Positions 32,191-42,589 of a stretch of DNA of 45,391 bases are shown here, piece by piece. Under the pieces are notes generated by a model that did not search any database, was not told the DNA's origin, and saw nothing but the letters and a program-made list of their open reading frames with translations. Source of the DNA: Vitrella brassicaformis CCMP3155 (lineage: Eukaryota > Protista > Chromerida); the NCBI GenBank assembly GCA_001179505.1, contig CDMY01000597.1, positions 1-45,391 of the forward strand. The letters run 5' to 3'. Each line of letters opens with the position of its first letter. Positions within the stretch are counted from its first letter, which is position 1. The translations under genes and the position numbers were made by a program.

Positions 32191-35100
32191 TCAGCAGCCG
32201 CGGAGGTCGTAGCCATGTTTTCGCTTCTTGCGGCAGGGCGAGGGCGATCGTGATGCGGCGCCGTTGCCAGCAGGGGCCGCGGGAGCAGCCACAGCCCGCC
32301 CACCTGACACACAAGGCACACCCACCCCCCACACACACAGAGGTCTCTCTCTGTCCCCCTTAGCACCCAATGCCCCACTCAGTCAGTCAGTCGGTCAGAG
32401 AGTGTCGTACCTCCGTTGCCCCTCCGCCGCTTCTTGGGCGATTCCGGCACCGCCTCCTCCGACACGTTGTCCGTCTCAGGGCTGGCCGGGGGACAGGCCA
32501 TCTCAACGTCACCACCACCACCACCACCAGCACCCGACGAGCCACCACCACCAAGCCGCTTGGACCTGCGCCGCCTCCCCGCCGAGGGCTTCTTGGCGAT
32601 GGCCTTCGCCGAGGGCTTCTTGACGATCGCCTTGGGCTTCTTGACGATCGCCTTGAGCTTCTTGAGGATGGGTTTCTTGACGCGTCGTCCACTGGCAGCG
32701 GCGGGGGCGTGCGTGTGTGTGTGTTTGGGGCAGGTTGGTGCATGGCGGTTGATGCGGTGCTTCTTGTTGTCTTTGGTGACGGGCAGGTAGCCGAGCTGCT
32801 CGGAGGCACAGGCGAGGTGCATGCGGCTCTTGCAGCCTGAGGCATGGCAGCCTGCAGACAGACAGACAGACATAAACGACTCGTCTGGTGTGGTCTGGTG
32901 TGGTGGCTGGTGGGTTTGCTTACACTTGAGAGTCGCCCCGAGTTTCTTGCAGATGACGCACTTGTGCTTCCGCGCCTCCTTGATCGCACTCGCAGCATTG
33001 AACCACCTGACGCACGCCCAAGCAAGCACACACAAAGGCAGTCACTCGTGTGTGTGTGTGTGTGTGTGTGTGTGCCTGGATGTCTGTGTCTGTGTGTGTG
33101 CTGTCCGAACCGTGAGCCGTCAGTATTTGAGACACAGTGAGTGGACGAGTAGAGGCACTGCTCGTGGGCCATGTGGCGCTGGCCGTCGTCCGTCTCAAAC
33201 ACCCCCACCAGCGGACGCTCGAAGCTGCACACACCACCACCCACACGTGTGTGGAGAGTTCCATCCATCCACCGCTCGGTGGCTTACGTGTGCGCGCCGC
33301 CGCAGAATGAGCAGTTGAACTTGCCGTCCATGAGCCGCTGATGCTCACTGCAACATCCGCTCATCCAAATGGTTGGACTACCGAGCGTGTGTGCGTGTGT
33401 GTGTGCGTGTGCGTGTGCGTGTGTATGTGTCTCTCTACTTCACTTCCCCCCGCTGCCTTGCTCCCTCCCTCCCTCCCTCCCTCCCTCACGTGTGTGACAG
33501 CCCGGTGAGGGAGTCCTCCTTGCAGGTCTTGGCGTCGAACTCGGTCTTGGCGTCCACACCCGCGTCGATCCACTGCTCCCCACTGCCGTCGACGAACCAC
33601 TGCACACACCCCATTCCCAACACACACACACACACACAGACCGTGTGTGCTGAAGAGTGAGTGTGTGTGGCCCGGTGGGTCTGGTCTGTCTGCTCACCTT
33701 GTGCAGCCCCTGAGTGGAAGTGACGCCGCCTGCGATAGCGTCGATGATCCTCTGGGCCTCACGCACACCACTGTGGTAGGCCCCATGGACCGTGGCGGGG
33801 TAGTGCTTGCAGGTGTGCTCGCCTGTGGGCGAGTGTGGTTGTGGTGTGGGGAAATACACGAACACAATCCCGTAGGACTCTCTCTCTCTCTCCCTCTCTC
33901 TCTCTCTGTGCGGGTGTGTGTGGTTACCTGCGAAGAGGCATCTGCCAACGGGCATGGAGAGGAGGTCGTAGTCCAAGCAGGAGCTGCCGGGCGGGATGTA
34001 GGAGTAGCTGCCTGTGGGGTGGGTGGGTGAGGTGGACACACACGACAGACACACGGATATATGGGATAGATAGAGGGGTGCTTAGAGGGAGGGAGGGAGG
34101 GAGGGGAGGGGAGGGTGTGTGTGTGTGTGTGTGTGTTTCCCACCTCTGGCACGAATGTCCTGCCCCCATTTGGTCCGCATGAAGTGGGTCGGCTCGGGCA
34201 CCTTGACCTGTTTGCCGTACACCTTCCGCAACACCTGCACACACACACAGAGAGAGAGGTGGGCTGCACCGCACAGACCGCACCGTACCTGGAGGCACTG
34301 TTTCTTGAGCGTGTTGTCGTCCATGGCCTCACTCTTCTTGCCCAGCTCAGCCGGCAGCTGCACACACAACACACACACGTCGCCATGTGTGTGTGTGTGT
34401 GTGAGTGGACGACGCACACACACAATGAAGGCGTGGCGTACCAGTGCGAGGATGGCCGGCTTTGGGTGGCAGAGAATAAATTCGAAGAACCAGCCCTTCT
34501 CCTGGCCGCAGTAACCTGACGACACACACACGCACGCGTGCCCACGACCGAAGGCACAGGTACCTTACCTATGTGCCGCTTGGCGGTGGCTTGGTCCCAC
34601 CACACCTCGTCGAACACAAGCCACACCTTACAAACAACAACACAACACAACACACACACGCACAACTCAATCCAATCCGCCTCAGTCCATCCCATCTCAC
34701 CCACCCACCCACCCACCTTGTTGAGCAGTCCGACTCCCAGCCTGTCGATGGCCTCGGTCTTCCACTGAGGCAGCGGCGGCTCGTACGTCACCGTACCTGG
34801 AGGGAGGGAGGGAGGGAGGACAGGCACACCAGACACAACACAGCGACACACACATACGTCCCTTCCCTTTGTGTGTGTGTGCGTGTGTGTGTGTGTGTGT
34901 GTGCACCGTTGTCCTTGGCCCGTCTGGTGGGCGACTCCGATCGGTTGCTAGAGCCGCCTGTGGCGGCGGCCTCGACGGACTTCTTGAGCACGCCTAACAC
35001 ACACACACACACACACACAAAGGGACGGAGCACTCAGTCAGTACCCAGGAAGTGCGCAGGGTGTCCGTCTGGTACCCAGCGGGCAGGTGTCTATGACAAA

Positions 35101-35655
35101 GTCGAACTCCCCAATGGGCTCCAGCTGGCCGCTCTTGTACAAGAGCACCTTGTCGCCCACACGGCAGACCTTCCGGACGGCCACACCTGGCAGGCAGGCA
35201 GGCACCACACACAGACACAGACAGACAGACAGAGGGTATGGCTGTGTAGTGTGGTGTGGTGTGTGGTGTGGTGGAGGGATGGACGGTGTCGCGTCGCGCG
35301 TACCGAATTGGACGTCGACGCCCTCAGCGAGCTTCTCGGGGATTTTCTGGTAGCCGTCCTTGATCATGACGTGCGGGCCGGGGTAGGCCGTTTCATCGTC
35401 CTGGAGGACGATGTGTCAGGCAGGCATCAGACATCAGACACACACACGAATGTGTGCGGTGTGCGGTGTGCGCAGACACATTCACAACACAACACAGGCC
35501 GGCCGCTCGCTGCGCTGCGCTGCATTGTCTGTCACTTCACTTACGGCGTGCCACTGCTTGAGTGAGAGGGCTTTGTGGTCCGCGCCGGTGCTGTACTCGT
35601 CCTGGGACTCATGCCACTCCCACACACGGCGGGCAAGACCCTCCTCTGACACACA

Positions 35656-35690
<35 letters not shown>

Positions 35691-36765
35691 TGGCCGTGTG
35701 TGTGCTTCTGACGCACCCTACCCTTTGCTTTGTACTGCTCCATGGCCCCCCCTGTGGACAGCATGAGCTGCTCCGACATCGGCAGATCGCTCGCCGCCTC
35801 TTCGGCCTCCTGTAAGGTAGGTAAAGGTGTGACGGTCCCGTGTATCTATCGGGCTCCCACTGTGTGTGTCTGTGATGCTCTGCTCACGATCATGGCGTTG
35901 TCGTATTTCTCCTGGACCTCCCTGTGCTTGTCGGCGGGGATGGCGAAACCGTTGAAGTCCACCATGACTATGTTGTCGTCCTGCAACACCACACAGGCCG
36001 GCAGGTCAGGCTCAGGTCAGGTGCATGTGTGTGTGCTTCCCCCTCCCCTCCCCCTCCCCCCACCCCTCACTTACGCCTCGTTTGCTCTTGTCCATAACCT
36101 GCGCGTAGGTCTCGAGCTTGAACTGGTCCGCCAGCTTCTTGACCGGATTGCCGTCCACGCCGTGAATGAAGGACGCACCCTGTGATCCATCCATCCATCG
36201 TCCAACCAACGCCTCTCTCAGTGACTGACTCACCTGGTCGATGCCATTGACGCCGCCCGCGTCAACTGAGTGCACGCGGCCGCCTACTCGGTCCCGAGGC
36301 TCGAACACCTGCACACACGAACACACGGAGGAAAAATCCTTAATCTGTCTGTGTGGCCCAGCCCAGCCGTGTGGCCCTGCTCACTCACTCACCGTGACCT
36401 TGACGCCCTTCTTCCTCAGCTCTGACGCAGCCCTGCCAACACAGTCAGGTCAGAGCCATCCGCACACACAAGGGGTTACTGACTGACATGAATCTCGGGC
36501 GGTGTGCTCCCCTCCCCTCCCCTCCCGAGGCCCTGCCCTCTGCCTACCCCAGACCAGCCATCCCGGCGCCAAGAATGCCCACTCGGCAATCCGTGAAAAT
36601 TTTGTCGTGGGACGGCATCGATGAGGGGTTCTTCGCCTTCGCCTGCCCTCGAGTCTGCCCTCCACGCATCCTAGAAGGCGCGGCGGGGCTCTTTCCTCGC
36701 GCCATTCTTACTGCCCCAAGAGCTCGCGATGTGCGAGCTCGTCCTTTTTCGTCCCGTCGCGGCAT
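32191..36765 (-). CDS. LSD1/KDM1-like flavin amine oxidase with C-terminal extended PHD finger and Lys-rich tail
   Basis: Rossmann motif VGILGAGMAGLG|AA, FEPRDRVGGR, GASFIHG, GPHVMIKDGYQKIP, GVGLLNK|V, RG|SYSY, FA|GEHTCKHYPATVHGAYHSGVREA. Then CSFC..HEQC..CVIC..GATLK|CCHASGC..MHLAC..CPKH (zf-HC5HC2H pattern), KKP-rich repeats and PKKRRR. The start could be 36765 or a downstream Met (36705, 36669, 36618). Confidence 0.85.
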
Positions 36766-36783
36766 TCCACAAGAAGCGCTGCA

Positions 36784-38043
36784 ATGGCAGCTCAGTTCGG
36801 CTTGTGGTTTCCGTCCAAGAACGGTCGCGCAGAGAATCCGAGGTTCAGAGTCCTCTGCCTCCACAGCGCGGGAAGCGCCGAAACGGTACTTACGCAGACA
36901 GCAGACACCTCATTGCTTGCACTGTGGTGTGGTGTGTGTGGTGTGTGTGGTGTGTGTGGTGTGTGCAGATCTACACCAACAAGGGCAGCCCTCGGCGGCC
37001 GTACCCCAACCCCCTGCTGCAGTGGTGCATCGACAACGAGGTGGAGCTCCTTGCTGCACAGCTGCCCGGCAGACCGGGACCTCGCGCCAAGGAGCCAAGA
37101 ATCACGTCCGCACAGGAGGCCGCCAAACGCCTCTACGAGGTGCGGACGGATGGCAGCTGATGGCGGATTATGGCGGATGGGGATCTCTCTCTCTCTGTGT
37201 GTGTGTATGTGTGTGTGTGTGTGCAGGTGATGACTCCCCACTTTGCGGACGGCGTGTCGTATGCCATTGTGGGTCACTCGGTGGGGACGTGGATAGCCTT
37301 TGAGCTCTTGTGCCTCATCCGGGAGAAGCTGAAGCAGCAGGAGACCACCAGCACCACCACCCCTCAGGTGCCGCTGCCCAAGCACCTGTTCTTCTCCTGC
37401 ATGGTCGCCCCCGACTGGCCTGCCGACAAGAGGCCATGGCGGCAGAACAAAGACCTCAATGAGGAGCAGTTCAAAGAGGTGAAGCCGTGCCACTCACACA
37501 CACACTCACAGACAGACAGACAGACAGACAGTCACACAGACAGACAGACGGACAGACAGACAGACAGACGTACAAGACCACACGTGTCGGCTGGTGTGTG
37601 TGTGTGTTTAGGAGTGCGGTCACTGGGACGTCAACAAGGAGGTATTTGACATGTGGGATGTGTACGGTCCGCTGCTGAGGGACGACTTCACCATATTCGA
37701 CTGCTACACATTCACACACGACGGATGCCAACCCTTCGACATTCCCATCACCGCATGGTAGGTGTGGTCACCAACCACACACACATACACACGCGGCGCC
37801 CAATCCTCTCTCTCTTTCTGTGTGTGTGTGTGTGTGTGTAGGTATGCCAAGCGAGACCGCAAGATCAGCGAGGAGATGGTGTCAGCGTGGCAGCGGTTCG
37901 TCAAGAATTCCTCCAAGTTCACCCTCTCGTCCATCGACGGCCACCACCTGTTCGTCTACGACAGCGGCGCCCGCACAGCCTGGATGGACCAGATAGCCCA
38001 CAGGCTCGACCAGTGCCTGCTCGACGAGGAATACGGCTTCTAG
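36784..38043 (+). CDS. Stand-alone type II thioesterase (alpha/beta hydrolase, GrsT/OLAH-like)
   Basis: RVLCLHSAGSAET|IY, QLPGR, nucleophile motif GHSVG, LLRDDF, PFDIPITAW, His motif DGHHLF; TAG at 38041-38043. Confidence 0.85.
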
Positions 38044-39117
38044 CCCAGCCGGCCACTCCACTGGCCCTGACAGTGTGATGTCTGTGTTAGGTCCGTGCGT
38101 GAGGTCGGTCAGTTAGGTAGCTCTGTCAGTTTTTGTCTGTCTTGCCAAGAGACCTGAGCTCTTATCAGGTGTCTAGGCAGGCAGGCAGGTTTATCTGTGT
38201 AGGCAGGTTGATTGGATCGTCTCGACGGCTCGATGGCCTGTGTCCCATTGCAGTCAGTGCTTGCAGGTGCATGAGTCTGCCGAATTCGGGCAGGCTGATG
38301 CTCCGGTGAGAGCTGCTGTGACATCCCAGACCAGCGAGCTGTGTCGGTGTCGTAAGGTGTGCGGTTTGACTGACTAACGGGACGGGACGCTTCATAGGAT
38401 CGTTCGGCAGGGGCGTTGCAGCACGCGTGGGTCTGACCTCTACCAATAAACAGACAGACGCTCTGCCCGTCAGTCAGTCAGTCAGTCCATCGCTCCGCTC
38501 CTTGGCACGTCACGGAAAAACAGCAGAGCCAACCTGGTGGCGCTGCCCACTCTCTCTCGCTTGCCATTAAACCTCTTCAGTAAAAACAGCCAACCAGTCA
38601 GTGGCAGGCAGGCGGCACACGAGCCGCACCTGTCTGTTCGCTTCGTTTGTCACTCATCCGTCCATATCAATTAATGACCCACACGTATACACATACTCTC
38701 TCTGTACAGACACACAGACACCCATGCAGAGAGACAGACAGACAGACACGCTACGCTGGAAAACCGACCCCTGTTCTTTCTTTTCAACATAACAACACCG
38801 CACCCAGCCAGGCAGACAGACAGACACCCAGCCACCCCAGACAAACAAACCGTCACTGGGGGCACTGCACTGCAACGAGCTTAAGCTCGTTGCAGTCAGG
38901 CACCGATATCGTCGACGACTGCCTGACGGACGCAAAACGAGACTTCGCATGGATCCCTCTCCCACAACACACACGCGCAGTGCTGTACACTGCATGTGTG
39001 TGTGCAAGGAAGAGGGCTCTCGCGCACCGAACCCAAACCACACACACACACACACATCAGAAAGACAAATAGGTGCCTGCCCGCCCCACCAACTACGAAA
39101 AACCCCCGCTCGCTTTC

Positions 39118-42100
39118 TCAGTAGACGCGCTTCATGGGTGGGACGTGCTCCATCTCGCTGTCGAGGGGCTTGTCGCCCACCGGACGGTACCCGACGTTCA
39201 CCTGCAGCCATCACAACAGCCATCACGATTTATAAGTAAGAGGCTGTGCTGGGTGGGTAAAGGTGAGTTGTTTCTGTGTGACCTTGGCCTTCTCGACGTC
39301 CCTTGCTGTGAGCCATGTGAGGGTGTGCTTCATCCACGCCTTGTCGTCACGCTCCTGAACCAACCAAATAAGCAACACACACACACAGTGGATGGATGCT
39401 GTGTGGTGCTGTGTCTGTCTGTGTGTGTCTGTGTGTGTCTGTCGAACCAACCGGGAAGTCTTCCCTCGAGTGTGCGCCCCGTGACTCGCTGCGGTTCTCA
39501 GCGGCCACCATGGTCTGCGTGGCCTGGTTCAGCAGATTCTCCAGCTCCAACGTCTCTATCAGGTCCGTGTTCCTGATCATTGGTTGGACCAACAGATCAA
39601 CAAGAACGTCACAGCTCTCTCCTGCCTGCTGTGTGGGGATGTGATGTTTGTATTATGTGTCTTGCTGACTGACTGACTGACCATACAGAGCTCTTGTCCT
39701 TGACGCTGACGCTCTCGAAGTCCTTCATCACGCCATACATCTTGTCCACACCTGACGGACAGACACACACCGCCAAACGACAAGTGAGTGAAGTGTGTGT
39801 CGGTGCCCCCCTCCCTCCCTCCCTCCCCGGCTAACCGACCATCTTTGAGCGAGGGTCCGTCCCTGAAGACGGCGGCGTGGTTCTGCATGATCTTCTGCAT
39901 CTTGGTGCGGATCTGTGCGGTGGTCTGGTCCCCCTTGGCGTGTCGAATCTTGTCCAGACGCGCCAGCGTCTCCTCGCCGGCATTCTTGGGCAGATCTACC
40001 GGCTTGGCGTCTGACGTACGTGCATTGCGATCAGACAGATCAATCAGGCGTTGGTGCAGGTGAGATGAGGTGTCTGTCTATCCGTCTGCTTGTCTGTCTA
40101 CACACACTGCCTACTCGGCTTCATCTTCTCGGAGATGGTCTCAGCGGCAGTGCGTCCGAACACCTAGAGACACCACACCGCACAGACAGACAAGGACAGG
40201 TGAGGTGCGCACAGCACAGCCACTGCACCACCCACCCCACTGGCACGCACCACAATGTCGAGCAGCGAGTTGGCCCCCAGCCTGTTGGCGCCGTGTACGC
40301 TGGCACATGCGGCCTCGCCGGCGGCGAGGAGGCCGGGTACGATAGAGTCCTTGCCGTCCTTGTCAGTGTTGAGCACCTCGGCCCTCCAATTGGTGGGGAC
40401 GCCCCCCATATTGTAGTGCACCGTCGGCAGCACCGGGATCGGCTCCTGCAGTGTGGAGGCAGTGGACAGACAGACAGACAGACAGACAGGACAGATAGGC
40501 AGCACATGTGGTGTGGTGTGGTGTGGTGTGTGTGTCGGTTTGGTTCTTGCCTTGGTGACATCGACGCCGGCGAAGATGTGAGCGGTTTCCGAGATGCCCG
40601 GGAGTCGCTCCTTGAGTGTTTCTGGGGGCAGGTGGCTGAGGTCCAGGTGGATGTGGTCCTTCTCGGCACCCACCCCACGGCCCTCGCGGATCTCGATCGT
40701 CATCGAACGGCTCACAACATCGCGACTCGCCAAATCCTTGGCAGTGGGGGCGTAGCGAGCCATGAAGGCCTCACCCTGGATGGCCATACCATACACACAC
40801 ACGCAAAGCAAAGAGAGAGAGGAACATTTGCCCGTCCGTCTGTTGGCTGGTGTAGTGTAGGTGTGTGTTAGTGACGTCACCTCTGAGTTTCTGAGGATGC
40901 CTCCCTCGCCCCTGCACCCCTCAGTCATGAGGCAGCCGGCAGGGAAGATGCCCGTCGGGTGGAACTGAACGAACTCCAAATCCTCCATCGGCAGACCAGC
41001 ACTGACACACACACACACACCGCGGCCGACACCCCATGCCATGTGTGTGTGTGTGTGCGGCATTAGCACCCACCCACCGTGAGACCATGGCGCCTCCGTC
41101 TCCGGTGCATGTGTGTGCGGATGTGCAGGACTGGTAGGCCCGTCCGTATCCGCCCGTGGCGAGCACTGTCTGGTGGGCGCCGAAGCGGTGGATGGAGCCG
41201 TCCTCCATGCTCATCGCCACCACGCCCTTGCACACCCCCTTGTCCATGAGCAGATCCAAAGCAAAATACTCGACGAAGAACGTGCAGTCGTAGTTGAGCG
41301 ACTGACAGACCGACAGACCCACATGTGTGGTGCACCACAGCATCACAGTATTGTGTGTGTGATAATGAGAGAGGGATGTACCTTGTTTACCTGTCCGTAG
41401 AGAGTGTGAAGCATAGCGTGTCCCGTGCGGTCGGCCGCCGCTGCGCACCTGTAGGCCTGACCGCCCTTGCCGAACTTCAACGACTGACCACCAAAGGCAC
41501 GCTGGTAGATCTTGCCTAAAACACACACACACACAGACACTCGTGCACCCATCTCATCTATGTGGCTGTGTCTGCCTGCCGAGTCGTGTTTCGTCAGTGA
41601 CCATCTTTGGTCCTAGAGAAGGGCAGTCCGTATGACTCGAGCTCGAGAACGGCCTTGGGGGCCTCGCGGCACATGTGCTGGATGGCGTCCTGGTCGCCCA
41701 GCCAGTCGGCACCCTTGATGGTGTCGTAGGCGTGCCACCGCCAGTCATCCTCAGTCATGTTGCCCAAAGCAGCGTTGATGCCACCCTGACAAGGTTGACC
41801 AACACACACACACACACACACTCGGACACAGGTGAGGTGAGATGGGGTGGGGTGAGGTGAGGAGGTGCGTGCCCTGCCCTGCACACCTGTGCGGCGACGG
41901 TGTGCGATCGTGTGGGGAAGAGCTTGGAGATGCAGGCCGTGTTGAAGCCCTTCTCCGCCAGACCGAAGGCGGCACGCAGGCCCGCGCCGCCCGCACCCAC
42001 CACCACGGCATCGAACCGGTGGTCGATTATCTTGTACGCTGGAGAAACACACAAACAAAACACCACATCCCCATCCACACATGACATGCGCAGAGAGCAC

Positions 42101-42249
42101 ACCGAAGAATGTATGTCTTCATCATCAGCAGCAGTGGGACTCTCTCATCGATTGGCCATGTTAGTTATCTGCTCACCAGGCTTTGCAGTGGAGAAGCAGC
42201 GGAGGCCAGCCTTGCTGGCACCCGCCCCTCGCCTCACAAACGACAGCAT
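39118..42249 (-). CDS. SDHA: Succinate dehydrogenase flavoprotein subunit, mitochondrial precursor
   Basis: Transit peptide [24 protein letters not shown]|[23 protein letters not shown]-histidine motif RSHTVAAQ|[53 protein letters not shown]-terminus PPMKRVY*. Confidence 0.98.
40446..40550 (-). other. GC-AG intron in SDHA
   Basis: CAAG|GCAAGA...ctgcag|GAG restores the highly conserved [21 protein letters not shown]. The intron is 105 nt, in frame and stop-free. Confidence 0.9.
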
Positions 42250-42589
42250 CGATAAGTACTACACCTCAAGAGTGGAATCTCAAACTCGGTCGCGTGCAGC
42301 GAGTCTTTTTTGCCGCAATGCCTCCCTCCCTGAGGCCTCAGACGTCTTCTACAAACTGGTTTTGAGGCAAGACAACGCAAAGACAGCCGCAGCCGATCTT
42401 TGCGAGCTTGACTTCGAGCTTAGCTCGCAGAGGTGGGGAGGAGAAGGAAGCAGAAGGAGATCAGCGTTTCTATTTCCGCAGATTACCGAGTTTTAAAGTC
42501 CTGTTTGTTCATCGCGAGTGACCTCACATTCATCAGGTCTGTCACTGACTGTCAGATCAGTCGTTAGTTGCCTCAGGCAGCCCTGTCAG

